Assembly (NCBI GenBank): GCA_007125545.1
Contig: SLDA01000221.1
Location: 1-63,788 of the forward strand
Direction of reading: 5' to 3'
DNA: 63,788 bases
Source: Thermoflexales bacterium
GTDB taxonomy: Bacteria > Chloroflexota > Anaerolineae > B4-G1 > SLSP01
The notes under the pieces are model-generated. The model searched no databases and was not told the DNA's origin. It was given only the letters and a program-made list of their open reading frames with translations. Position 1 is the first letter of the stretch; every line of letters begins with the position of its first letter. Both the position numbers and the translations under genes were made by a program. Shown piece by piece: positions 51,809 to 61,181 of the stretch.

Positions 51809-53263
51809 CTAGAGCCACCGCTTCCGCAACGCGGCCCCTAAAAGAGAGAAGTTCTGGCGCTCCAAGAGAGTCAGAATCAACCCGTAGACCGTAGTAAAGA
51901 CAACGGCTTTTATAATGCCCGCGTGCCAATCGGAAACCGCGACACCGGGGAAGGAAAACGCCAGATATGCCAACAGCAATCCAAGCCCCAGCCCTAGCAG
52001 GGGAACGGCGAACAAGGCGCGCAGAGAGTAGTCCACGTAGGCACGAACTTGCCGGAGCAGTAATCCGATCCCAACAACAAGCATAAGGTTTACCGCCAGC
52101 GCAACGCCGGCGATATCGAACAGGGGCCCTAAAACCATCAATCCGGATATCATGATGATGAACTGGACACTCCTGGTTTTGAGGACAAGCTCCGGTTTTC
52201 CCAGGGCCAGAAGCACACCGGCAATCGTTCCCTTGAGGGGATCGAACAGGGTATACATCAGCATCAATCGAAACGCGGTCAGCATCGGCAGCCATCTGTC
52301 CGTTAACGCAAGCCGAATGAACTCCGGCGCGATCAGGAACAGCAAGCCGCCCAGTAAAAATCCGGTGCGGATCAATAGAGCATTAGCACTGAAAAAAGCT
52401 CGGGACAACTGCTCCGGCTGTTCCTTTAACTCGGCATAGGTACCTTCAAAGACGGTGTTAACAGGAAGGGCCACAATCTTTCGAGGGTAGGTAGCAAACG
52501 CATAAGCCCGAGAGTAGAATCCGGTGCTGACCGGGCCCAGGAAAATGCCCGTCCACACATCATCGATCTGATCCAGTGCACGGCGCAACGCTTCCGATAG
52601 AAATTGGCGGCTGCCAAAACGCAGAAAATAGCGAATCACAGGGATATCCCACTGCAAGCGGGGGCGCCACACAGGTCTCCACAGGTAAAGCGCAACTGTA
52701 TGCAGCAAAGAGGTCGCGATGTTGGTAGCCAGCAAGGCCCACAGCGTCACGCCTCGATAAGCCAATACGAGTGCGACTAACGTCGTAAGCAGGACATCTC
52801 CCACTTGGAGCAGCGCCAGTCTGCGATGCACGACTCTACGCACCAGAATCACGTGCGCCACCATGTTGAGCTGCGACACTACGGACGTGCCGCATAACAC
52901 CCACAACGCCGTGCGCAGCGGCTCGTCCGCTAACACGCCTGCCCCAAGGGCGACGGCGCCCGCCCAAATGCTGCTAAACAGCAGCTGTAAGGTGAAATAG
53001 TTGGCTGCGGCAGTGCCTTCATGCTGGGTCTCTGCTGAACGGTGCAGAAAGGCCCAAGAAAGCCCGAACTGCGGCAACATCCCGCTCAAGCCCACAATGG
53101 CGCCGGCAAAAGCATACACACCAAAGATCTCCACGGGCAGCAGCCGCGCCAGTGCAATCGAGCGACCGAATGCCACAACGAGTACCACCGAGTTGGCCGC
53201 AGCGTTCCACAGGATTGAGGCAACGGTGCGTTGAGCAATTGTGCGATGACTACCCAACTTCAA
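51809..53263 (-). CDS. Oligosaccharide/polysaccharide flippase (Wzx-like, MOP superfamily)
   Basis: 484 aa with about 12-14 TM helices. The N-terminus NAAANSVVLVVAFGRSIALARLL is typical of polysaccharide biosynthesis exporters. Embedded in a glycan cluster. Confidence 0.75.
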   Translation of the reverse strand: MKLGSHRTIAQRTVASILWNAAANSVVLVVAFGRSIALARLLPVEIFGVYAFAGAIVGLSGMLPQFGLSWAFLHRSAETQHEGTAAANYFTLQLLFSSIWAGAVALGAGVLADEPLRTALWVLCGTSVVSQLNMVAHVILVRRVVHRRLALLQVGDVLLTTLVALVLAYRGVTLWALLATNIATSLLHTVALYLWRPVWRPRLQWDIPVIRYFLRFGSRQFLSEALRRALDQIDDVWTGIFLGPVSTGFYSRAYAFATYPRKIVALPVNTVFEGTYAELKEQPEQLSRAFFSANALLIRTGFLLGGLLFLIAPEFIRLALTDRWLPMLTAFRLMLMYTLFDPLKGTIAGVLLALGKPELVLKTRSVQFIIMISGLMVLGPLFDIAGVALAVNLMLVVGIGLLLRQVRAYVDYSLRALFAVPLLGLGLGLLLAYLAFSFPGVAVSDWHAGIIKAVVFTTVYGLILTLLERQNFSLLGAALRKRWL

Positions 53264-53304
53264 CCTTGTACCCGGTATACTGGGTGGGATGCACTCTTCA
53301 TTGG

Positions 53305-54363
53305 CTAATACCCGTCGAGTGCCGTAATAATCAGAGGGACAGCGGGATCAGCCGGCAATGGTCGAGCGTTGTACGCCTTCTTCGGGTTTTCTTTCGCAGC
53401 TCCCACGATTCGCTCCGTATCAGCACCCACCAACACATTCCATCCGGATTCAACCGTCTCGACCCACTCTGTCTCATCTCGCAGCGTAACGCAAGGGACA
53501 CCGAGCCAATATGCCTCTTTCTGAATTCCGCCAGAATCCGTCATAATCGTCCGCGCGGATTGCTCCAGATGCACCATGTCAAGATAGCCCACAGGCTCGA
53601 TCACCTTCACACGTGAGGGCAGGGTCGGAAATTCGAGCCGATCCAGCGCTTTGCGCGTGCGGGGATGAATCGGGAAGACGATAGGGTCATCGAGACTGAC
53701 AAGAGCCTCGACAATTGCACGCAACCGCACCGGATCGTCGGTGTTTTCAGCACGGTGAACGGTCGCGAGCAGGAAGCCCTTCTTCATCAGCACTAGCCGA
53801 TCCAGAATCACACTCTGCGTCCTCGCCCGTTCAGCCGCCCACAAAAGCGCTTCATGCATCACATCACCCACCAGATGCACACCTTGGGTGAGGCCCTCGC
53901 GCGCCAAGTTTTTCACAGCCGTTTGGGTTGGACAGAAGAGCATGTCGGAGACGTGATCGGTCAATACCCGGTTAACCTCCTCGGGCATCCGGCGGTTGAA
54001 GCTGCGCAGCCCGGCTTCGACATGAGCCACCTTAATGTGCAGCTTGGCTGCTGCCAGGGCCCCCGCCAATGTGGAGTTCGTGTCGCCATAAACCAGGACC
54101 CAGTCCGGTTGCTCGGCAATGAGCACGGCCTCAATGCCTCCCAGCATCGCCCCGGTTTGCTGCCCGTGGGAACCGGAACCAATCCCCAGGTTACAGTCGG
54201 GTTCCGGTATCTCTAGTTCGCGAAAAAAGACTGCGGACATGTTCTCATCATAGTGCTGTCCCGTGTGAACCAGCACTTCGGTGTGCTGCTTGCGCAGTTC
54301 GCGGCTCACCGGCGCGGCCTTGATGAACTGGGGGCGCGCTCCGACAATCGTGACAATCTTCAC
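53305..54363 (-). CDS. wecB: UDP-N-acetylglucosamine 2-epimerase, non-hydrolysing (WecB/WbpI type)
   Basis: VGARPQFIK, HVEAGLRSF and DSGGIQKEA motifs. The GTG at 54363 overlaps the upstream TGA (GTGA). Confidence 0.9.
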   Translation of the reverse strand: MKIVTIVGARPQFIKAAPVSRELRKQHTEVLVHTGQHYDENMSAVFFRELEIPEPDCNLGIGSGSHGQQTGAMLGGIEAVLIAEQPDWVLVYGDTNSTLAGALAAAKLHIKVAHVEAGLRSFNRRMPEEVNRVLTDHVSDMLFCPTQTAVKNLAREGLTQGVHLVGDVMHEALLWAAERARTQSVILDRLVLMKKGFLLATVHRAENTDDPVRLRAIVEALVSLDDPIVFPIHPRTRKALDRLEFPTLPSRVKVIEPVGYLDMVHLEQSARTIMTDSGGIQKEAYWLGVPCVTLRDETEWVETVESGWNVLVGADTERIVGAAKENPKKAYNARPLPADPAVPLIITALDGY

Positions 54364-55679
54364 GGCGTGAAGCTCTGTCCTATAGTTCGATGAACCCAAC
54401 CGGTTAGCGACGGAATGGCGTGCCGCCCGTCGACCAGGACCGGCGACCGCAGCGCCGATCTGAGCTCTTCGAAGTCTACCGCACGGTAGACCTCGTGCGC
54501 CACCATCATCACCGCTGCATCACAGCCCATTGCCATCTCGACTAACTCCCCCTGATACTCTGCCACGTAGGGATCATGAATTACCACTTCTGTGCCCCGT
54601 TGTCGCAATGCCTCGACCAACACCGTGCTCGGCGAATTACGGGTATCGTCTGAGTTCTCCAGGTAAGTATAGCCCATTACGAGGATACGGGCATTATCAA
54701 TCGCCGTCCCCACCTCCGCCAAGGCTTGATCCAGCAGTTTTGCCATATGCAGCGGCATTGTGTCGTTAATTTCGCGCGCTGCCGGGATGAGTCGGATGGG
54801 CACTCCTTGCTCCTGCGCCCGGGAGACGAGCAGCCACGGATCCTTGGGGATACAATGGCCGCCGACACCGGCGCCGGGCAGAAGCATGTTTCGTCCCGGA
54901 GACTTGTTGACGAGATCGCGAACCTTCCACACATCTCCGCCGACCGCCTCGCAGATCAGAGCGACTTCGTTTGCAAAGGCAATATTGACGTCCCGATAGG
55001 CGTTCTCTGCCGTCTTGACCAGTTCCGCGGTCACGCAGTCGGCTGGGTCCAGGTCGGCCTGAACCACGTGACAGTAGAGCGAGATCATAGCTGCGGTTAC
55101 CTCCGGTGTCTCTCCGCCACAGACACGGCTTACGAAGCGCAGGTTGTTAAGCAGTCGCCCCGGCATAACCCGCTCCGGGCAGTGACCGAGGTAGAAGTGC
55201 TCGCCGGCTCGCTTGCCGGAGGCGTCTTCCAACACAGGCTTTACCAGCGACATCATGGTTCCGGGAGCCAGCGTAGACTCCACGATCACCAGAACACCTG
55301 GCTTCATAACGGGGCCCAGCGACCGGAGTGCGCTCCCAAGCGCCCGATAGGCAGGCCTATGGTCGGCATCTACGGGCGTCTCAACGCTGATTGTGACGAC
55401 ATCACACGCGCGAACCTCTTCGTAATCCGTAGTGACTCGAAGCCCTCCGGTTTTCACAACTTCGCTCAGGAGTTCAGCCAGCCCCGGCTCGTCTCCCTCA
55501 ATTGGTGAAACACCGGCAGCGATTTTGTCGATCCGTTGGGGGTCGATGTCAACGCCAAGAACTGATAGGCCGGCTTTGGCAAATACGCATGCGACCGGCA
55601 ACCCCACATAGCCCATCCCGATGACACCGAGTTGAGCTGTCTTATCAGAAATGCGCGCGTGGAGCTCGTCTAGTCCCAT
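54360..55679 (-). CDS. UDP-N-acetyl-D-glucosamine/mannosamine 6-dehydrogenase (WbpA/WecC type nucleotide-sugar dehydrogenase)
   Basis: NAD motif GVIGMGYVGLP and catalytic Cys region GVGGHCIPKDP. Confidence 0.9.
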   Translation of the reverse strand: MGLDELHARISDKTAQLGVIGMGYVGLPVACVFAKAGLSVLGVDIDPQRIDKIAAGVSPIEGDEPGLAELLSEVVKTGGLRVTTDYEEVRACDVVTISVETPVDADHRPAYRALGSALRSLGPVMKPGVLVIVESTLAPGTMMSLVKPVLEDASGKRAGEHFYLGHCPERVMPGRLLNNLRFVSRVCGGETPEVTAAMISLYCHVVQADLDPADCVTAELVKTAENAYRDVNIAFANEVALICEAVGGDVWKVRDLVNKSPGRNMLLPGAGVGGHCIPKDPWLLVSRAQEQGVPIRLIPAAREINDTMPLHMAKLLDQALAEVGTAIDNARILVMGYTYLENSDDTRNSPSTVLVEALRQRGTEVVIHDPYVAEYQGELVEMAMGCDAAVMMVAHEVYRAVDFEELRSALRSPVLVDGRHAIPSLTGWVHRTIGQSFTP

Positions 55680-56686
55680 GCGGTTACGTCCACTTGTCGA
55701 TGCGTCTTTCCGGAATCCACCAAAGAGAGAGCTAGTTGCAGTGCCCGCAAGCCATCTTCGCCACTGACCGGCACACGCCTATTGTGTATCACCGCATCGG
55801 CAAAGGCTTCCAGCTCTGCGTGCAAGGGCTCATAACGGCGGATGGGATAGCGGATCATGCGCCCTTCACTGACCCCCTTCAACAGACTCAGATGATTCCA
55901 GGTCACGCTATCTACAGCCGCATTCTCGAAGTAAAACAGGTCTTGAGTGAGGTCGTTCGCCCTCAACATCCCCTTTTCACCGAGCACCGTGACCTCGCGG
56001 ATCTTCTCCGGCGTCAACCAGTTGATCTCCAGCATTCCCGTCACATCATTGTCGAAATGCAAGAGACCCGTAAGCAGGTCTTCGTGTGCGCTATGAATTC
56101 GCTGCGCGGTCTCAGCATAGACGCGCGTGGGCTCCGCACCGGTGATAAAGCGCATCAAGTCGAGGTCGTGGGAACCCAAATCTACCACGACACCCACGTC
56201 ACGCACGCGCGCCGGAAAAGGCCCCACACGCCGGCAGATAATCTGGAAAATCTTACCCAATGCCTCCTGCTCGAGGTGCTGTTTCAGAGAGCGGATCACG
56301 GGGCTGAAGCGCACGATGTGACCGACCATTAGCTTACGCTGCGATTTGTGAGCTTTCTGAATGAGGGCCCTCCCTTCCTCGAGAGTCGCTGCGATGGGCT
56401 TCTCAACTAGCACGTGCACCCCGGCTTCGAGGGCAGCTTCGGTCACCGCACGATGGTATTGGGTCGGCACGGCGACTGTCACGATATCAGGCTTCTCTCG
56501 GTCCAGGAGGCTGCGGTAGTCAGCGTACGCCGGCACGCCATAGGTATGACCTACACGCGCAGCTGCTTCAAGGGACACATCAGCAACGCCCACCAGCTGA
56601 GTCTGCTCAAGTTGGTCATAAACACGCACGTGATGACGTCCCATCGCCCCTACACCAATGACAGCAGCCCGCAAGTCAGTGCTCAT
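55670..56686 (-). CDS. Gfo/Idh/MocA-family oxidoreductase (WbpB-like 3-dehydrogenase)
   Basis: N-terminal Rossmann segment AVIGVGAMGRHH and EKP motif (VLVEKPIA). Confidence 0.85.
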   Translation of the reverse strand: MSTDLRAAVIGVGAMGRHHVRVYDQLEQTQLVGVADVSLEAAARVGHTYGVPAYADYRSLLDREKPDIVTVAVPTQYHRAVTEAALEAGVHVLVEKPIAATLEEGRALIQKAHKSQRKLMVGHIVRFSPVIRSLKQHLEQEALGKIFQIICRRVGPFPARVRDVGVVVDLGSHDLDLMRFITGAEPTRVYAETAQRIHSAHEDLLTGLLHFDNDVTGMLEINWLTPEKIREVTVLGEKGMLRANDLTQDLFYFENAAVDSVTWNHLSLLKGVSEGRMIRYPIRRYEPLHAELEAFADAVIHNRRVPVSGEDGLRALQLALSLVDSGKTHRQVDVTAWD

Positions 56687-57765
56687 CGTGACACCCCGAA
56701 GACATTGACCGTAGCCACAATCGTCTCAAGATCCTCCCCCGACAGACTCGGATGGACGGGGAGGGAGAGGACCTCGGTGCTTGCTCGCTCTGCGTGAGGC
56801 ATACAATCTGTATAGCCCAAGCGGTCTGTGTAGTATGGCTGTCTATGGATAGGGATTGCGTAGTAAATGGCACATCCAACGCCGTGGGCTTTGAGATGCG
56901 CCGCCATTGCATCCCGTTGCCCGTGGGGTACACGCACTGTGAACTGGTGAAAGGTATGCCGGTAGCCTGCGGGCACACGCGGCGGCGCTACGCCCTGGAG
57001 ATGCCGGCTGAGATAATCTGCGTTGGCGATTCGGATAGCGTTGAACTGATCGAGCTTATGAAGCTGGGCCAATCCGATCGCAGCGTGTACGTCCGTCATG
57101 CGAAAGTTGAAGCCCAACTCCTTGTGATCATGCGACCGTACCACCCCATGGTGGCGGAGAAGACGACACGCAGCGGCTATCTCATCGCTATCTGTCGTAA
57201 TCATTCCACCTTCGGCAGAGGTCATATTCTTCGTCGGATACAATGAAAAGGCGCCGGTTCCAAAAGACCCGGCGCGCTGCCCCTTATGATCGGCACCGTG
57301 AGCCTGGCAAGCATCTTCAATGACAGCCAGATGATGTGCCGCTGCCAAATCACAGACCTTTTCCATATCGGCCAGCAAGCCGAACAGGTGTACCGGGAGG
57401 ATCGCCTTCGTCCTGTCGGTTACAGCCGCATCCAGTGCGTTTGCATCCAGGTTGAACGTGACCGGGTCGATATCCACGAAAACGGGCCGTGCTCCGGTGA
57501 GCAGAATGCTATTCGCCGTGGCAATGAAGCTGAAAGGTGTTGTAATCACCTCATCACCCGGACCAATGCCGTGAGCCAGAAGCGCCACGTACAGAGCCGC
57601 AGTCCCACTGCTGGTTGCGATCGCGTGTGAAACCCCGCACATTTGGGCAAAGGCTTCCTCAAATGCACGCACCCGAGGTCCCTGTGCCAACATGCCGGAA
57701 TCAAGAACCTCAAGGACTGCCTGTTTCTCTTCGTCACCAATCAGAGGTCTCGCAATAGGAATCAT
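56683..57765 (-). CDS. DegT/DnrJ/EryC1/StrS-family PLP aminotransferase (WbpE-like)
   Basis: [14 protein letters not shown]-terminus and PLP-lysine region [18 protein letters not shown] 57765 gives a 4-nt overlap with the next gene. Confidence 0.9.
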   Translation of the reverse strand: MIPIARPLIGDEEKQAVLEVLDSGMLAQGPRVRAFEEAFAQMCGVSHAIATSSGTAALYVALLAHGIGPGDEVITTPFSFIATANSILLTGARPVFVDIDPVTFNLDANALDAAVTDRTKAILPVHLFGLLADMEKVCDLAAAHHLAVIEDACQAHGADHKGQRAGSFGTGAFSLYPTKNMTSAEGGMITTDSDEIAAACRLLRHHGVVRSHDHKELGFNFRMTDVHAAIGLAQLHKLDQFNAIRIANADYLSRHLQGVAPPRVPAGYRHTFHQFTVRVPHGQRDAMAAHLKAHGVGCAIYYAIPIHRQPYYTDRLGYTDCMPHAERASTEVLSLPVHPSLSGEDLETIVATVNVFGVSR

Positions 57766-58373
57766 CCCACACTCCTCCATAGAACCAAAGGGACAGGAAT
57801 TATGGTGTCACATTGCGGACAACAGGCCAGCATCTCCTCGCCACGTGATTCGCCGGGGACAAGGTGCGCACCACAAGCGCACACAAAACCGATCAACCGT
57901 GCCGGATTGCCAACAACCAAGCCATGAGCCGGTACATCCTTGGTCACAACCGCGCCTGCTCCCACCAGCGACCACTCTCCAATAACAATCTCGGGCAAAA
58001 TTGTGCAGTTAGCGCCGAGAGCCGCACCGTATTTTACCAGCGTACGGCCCAATTCCCAATCATCCGTCGACTTGAGCGAACCATCAGGGGTGATAGCGCG
58101 AGGGAGATTGTCATTGGTAAAGCAGGCATAGGGTCCAATGAAGACGCCATCCTCAATGTCAACACCATGAAAGATCGAGACGTAGTTTTGGACTTTCACG
58201 CGATCGCCGATGTGCACACCAAAGTCTACGTAGACGCCCTTTCCAAAGATGCAGTCGCGTCCAATCTGAACGTCCTCACGAATCTGGCAGTGATGCCAGA
58301 CTTGCGTGCCCTCGCCGATCACAGCAGTGTCGGAGACTTCAGCTGTCGCGTGAATTCGTACTTGACCGTTCAT
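57762..58373 (-). CDS. Left-handed beta-helix N-acetyltransferase (WbpD-like) with a Cys-rich C-terminal tail
   Basis: Hexapeptide repeats (IGEGTQV, IGRDCIF, IGDRVKV, ...). The tail reads FVCACGAHL...LACCPQCD. Confidence 0.85.
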   Translation of the reverse strand: MNGQVRIHATAEVSDTAVIGEGTQVWHHCQIREDVQIGRDCIFGKGVYVDFGVHIGDRVKVQNYVSIFHGVDIEDGVFIGPYACFTNDNLPRAITPDGSLKSTDDWELGRTLVKYGAALGANCTILPEIVIGEWSLVGAGAVVTKDVPAHGLVVGNPARLIGFVCACGAHLVPGESRGEEMLACCPQCDTIIPVPLVLWRSVG

Positions 58374-59511
58374 CCAAACCCTTGGAACCCGATTGTAACA
58401 GCCCTTTATATACCCTCAGCGTCTCATGTGCCGTACGAGACCAGGAGAAGGTTGCAGCACGCGCCAATCCCCGCTCGCGCATGTCGCCTCGCAATGCATC
58501 GTCCCGAACAACAGTGCGAAGACACTCACGAAGTTCGTCTACATTCTCCGGATCAAATAAGAGCGCCGCATCGGCCACCACTTCCGGCATCGAAGATGCG
58601 TTTGAGCAGATCACGGGTGATCCACATGCCATAGCCTCAAGCGGGGGCAGACCGAACCCTTCATAGAGACTGGGCCAGATGAAGGCCGTGGCGGCAGCAT
58701 AGAGCGCAGGCAGATCCTCATCAGGTATATATCCGGTCAGTAGCACGCCTTCACGTGCAGGAGAGGCTTCCAACGCAGAGAAAAATCCCTCAGACAGCCA
58801 ACCACGCTTGCCCGCGATAACAAGGGGCGGACAATCGCCGGACTGATAGAGCGGCGCCCACGCCGCTAGCAGTCGCTCCAAATTCTTGCGTGGCTCAAGG
58901 GTTCCCAAGTAGAGCAGATACTTCTCAGGTAATCCATAGGCGGCCCGAGCCTGTGCCTGGATGTCTGGCGGTTGGACACTAAACCGTGGATCAGCCGCTT
59001 CATAAATAACGCTGATCTTCTCCGGCGGGAGCTGGTAAGCAGACATCAGGTCGCGCCGTGTTGTCTCCGAAACGGCGATGATGTGATCAGCACGCCGGCA
59101 AAACAGCGGCATGGTCCAACTCAAGTACCAGCGATTCAGTTGCTTGTGATGCTCGGGAGTCTGACGAAAGATCAGATCGTGAACCGTCAACACGGTCGGC
59201 ACGCCGCGTAACGGCATGAGGAGGTGCTCTGTTGCATGATACAACTCGGCAGCTGGAAGATAGCGGTTAAAGGGAGCATGCATCATCTGACCAAGCCCTA
59301 TTGCCATCCGCCAGGGCTTATAGCCTAATGACACGGTTGCAGCAGTCAGAGAGTCAAGGCCAACCAGCGGCTCAACGCCATGTTCGCGATTGTAAAAAAG
59401 AGCCAGACGATCACCAAGTAACGGCGCCAACGCATTGACCAAGCTCTCTGCATAGCGTCCGAGACCAGCTCGCCGGTGAACTGCCGCTGATATGTCGACA
59501 TAGATGGACAT
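58339..59511 (-). CDS. Glycosyltransferase family 4/1 (first gene of the glycan cluster)
   Basis: C-terminal [23 protein letters not shown]. Confidence 0.85.
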   Translation of the reverse strand: MSIYVDISAAVHRRAGLGRYAESLVNALAPLLGDRLALFYNREHGVEPLVGLDSLTAATVSLGYKPWRMAIGLGQMMHAPFNRYLPAAELYHATEHLLMPLRGVPTVLTVHDLIFRQTPEHHKQLNRWYLSWTMPLFCRRADHIIAVSETTRRDLMSAYQLPPEKISVIYEAADPRFSVQPPDIQAQARAAYGLPEKYLLYLGTLEPRKNLERLLAAWAPLYQSGDCPPLVIAGKRGWLSEGFFSALEASPAREGVLLTGYIPDEDLPALYAAATAFIWPSLYEGFGLPPLEAMACGSPVICSNASSMPEVVADAALLFDPENVDELRECLRTVVRDDALRGDMRERGLARAATFSWSRTAHETLRVYKGLLQSGSKGLDERSSTNSRDS

Positions 59512-59615
59512 GGTTGCATTATACGGTGGACGGCTGCTCAGACAAGATCGTCAAGGGAAGTACATCTACACCGGCTGCGAAGCCAGTAAGCGGAGAATGC
59601 GAAAACGTAGGTGTC

Positions 59616-59666
59616 GATCACAACATGAGACGGCGTAGGAACCCTACGCCGTCTCATGTTGTGATC
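59616..59666 (-). terminator. Perfect 24-bp palindrome (3-nt loop); likely the terminator of the FTR-like gene and an insulator before the glycan cluster
   Basis: GATCACAACATGAGACGGCGTAGG-AAC-CCTACGCCGTCTCATGTTGTGATC. It lies 15 nt downstream of the stop at 59681. Confidence 0.5.
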
Positions 59667-59680
59667 AGACTTACGCCGGC

Positions 59681-60235
59681 CTACATAAACCGCTCGAACC
59701 GGTCCTGATCGGCTTTGCAGACCGGGCACTTGAGCGGCGGGCGCGGACGCGCGCAGAGATAGCCACAGACCTTGCAGCGCCAGACTGGAATCCCACTCCA
59801 GGTGAAACCTACGAAGACCTCGTCGTGCTCGTGCTCTTCAGTGGAAGCTGATCTCCTTGCAGCGGAAGTCGACTCTACCGCACGTTCCTCTTCAGTAGGG
59901 CGTCGTTCTGGAACGGGTTGGAGCTCCTCTTCGCCTTGAAGAACCGCGTCTGAAACATACAGCGCACAGTAACAGGCACCCCAGTCGATAAGGTCAGGAT
60001 CGCGATAGTCGCACGGGCAGATGATATCCAGGTCCTTCTCTCGTTCGCCATCCGCCAACCGGCAAGGGCAGGCCCAGTAGCCATAGCGGGCTTCATTAAC
60101 CAGCAATCCCTCCACTAGCCCCTTCGTGAAATCCACGTCGGGATTAAGGTTGTAGCCTCCGGCTTGTGCTTCACGATCCAGGCGTCTATACAACTTGTCG
60201 ATGTCCGCCTCTGAGATCTCGCGGTCATCGCTCAT
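59681..60235 (-). CDS. Ferredoxin:thioredoxin reductase catalytic-subunit-like domain fused to a C-terminal rubredoxin-type domain
   Basis: CPC-x14-CPC-x12-CYC ([10 protein letters not shown]...[23 protein letters not shown]). C-terminal WRCKVCGY...[10 protein letters not shown] 60235 overlaps the upstream TGA (ATGA). Confidence 0.8.
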   Translation of the reverse strand: MSDDREISEADIDKLYRRLDREAQAGGYNLNPDVDFTKGLVEGLLVNEARYGYWACPCRLADGEREKDLDIICPCDYRDPDLIDWGACYCALYVSDAVLQGEEELQPVPERRPTEEERAVESTSAARRSASTEEHEHDEVFVGFTWSGIPVWRCKVCGYLCARPRPPLKCPVCKADQDRFERFM

Positions 60236-60522
60236 ATGCCCAATCGCTCCTTGATCAAGTCCGGCTTGAAGCCCACGATGCAATCCTCGTCATCAACGAT
60301 AATCGCCGGGAAAGAGGTCTTCTCGCTGAACTGCCGGATGTGAGTCCGCGCCGCCTCACGGTCGCGGGCCTCCACCAAATCGACATAGACATAATCGAAG
60401 GTCACGCCCTCTGCCTCCAACATCTCTCGGGTCTTACGACACCAAATGCAGGTGGATAGGGCATAAAGCGTGACCCTGTGGCTATTGTGTTGACCGTCAA
60501 TGTGGCCACGTGGTTCTGCCAT
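60232..60522 (-). CDS. Glutaredoxin/NrdH-like small thiol-disulfide oxidoreductase
   Basis: 96 aa. [14 protein letters not shown] (C-x-x-C) with a thioredoxin-fold pattern (FPAIIVDD....VGF). Confidence 0.75.
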   Translation of the reverse strand: MAEPRGHIDGQHNSHRVTLYALSTCIWCRKTREMLEAEGVTFDYVYVDLVEARDREAARTHIRQFSEKTSFPAIIVDDEDCIVGFKPDLIKERLGI

Positions 60523-60658
60523 CGAGCATCTCCTTTGCTGTATCTAGCACAGATGCCGGTACGCAGACTGCATCGCGCCGTAAGCAGCTGACATCTGTAC
60601 GAATTTCTCTAACATTATTATGTGATGTACCGTCCTGCAATCTTCACACTATACACGA

Positions 60659-61147
60659 TTAGGGAAGAAGCACGATACCCAGTGCCGCAATCGCAGCACC
60701 CGCGATTAGATTCGCGATACCATAGAAGAGAACGGCATTGTGTGCCACAGGTTTCGGCACTTCAAGTGTTGCCTGCTTCGGATTCGCGGGATTGTAATAG
60801 ACCCGAACTGCTGTACCCTCGGGATAGCGCGATACAACACCAGCCGCCTTGAGCAAGTCCCGTGTTGTCGCAGGCGCGTTGGGCAGGAAATTCCGCGTAT
60901 TGGCGGTGTAGGGGAGCCCGGCTACAGTATAGCGATATTCCACCAGCGCGGTGTAAGTGTGATCGGTACCATAAGCGCCTTCTCTCGCGAATGGGACCAC
61001 GCGAGACGCGGTCACTTCACCCGGTACATAAGGCCAGTTGGGTGTTCCGTGCTGTCGCCGCTTCCATACCACCATCCAAATGATGAACGCGAGTCCCAGC
61101 AAAGCGACCCCAACGCCCAAGACAATCAGAAACTGCACGCCCTCCAT
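60659..61147 (-). CDS. DUF3592-family membrane protein
   Basis: N- and C-terminal TM helices flanking a beta-rich segment (W..VPGEVT......YT..VEYRYTV.G). Confidence 0.65.
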   Translation of the reverse strand: MEGVQFLIVLGVGVALLGLAFIIWMVVWKRRQHGTPNWPYVPGEVTASRVVPFAREGAYGTDHTYTALVEYRYTVAGLPYTANTRNFLPNAPATTRDLLKAAGVVSRYPEGTAVRVYYNPANPKQATLEVPKPVAHNAVLFYGIANLIAGAAIAALGIVLLP

Positions 61148-61181
61148 ACGACCCTCCTTGGCAACCTACGCTGCCACAGGA

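Noticed and set aside
54726-55508. 260-aa plus-strand ORF inside the nucleotide-sugar dehydrogenase gene
   Set aside because: It is antisense to a gene with clear NAD-binding and catalytic-Cys motifs, and its translation is low-complexity. Shadow ORF.
57864-58634. 256-aa plus-strand ORF across the acetyltransferase/GT4 junction
   Set aside because: It is antisense to two motif-supported genes and has no motifs or RBS. Shadow ORF.
59514-59729. Two 63/64-aa ORFs on opposite strands sharing the peptide NMRRRR.PTPSHVVI
   Set aside because: Both are produced by reading through the perfect 24-bp palindrome at 59616-59666. The shared peptide is a symmetry artefact, not a duplicated gene.
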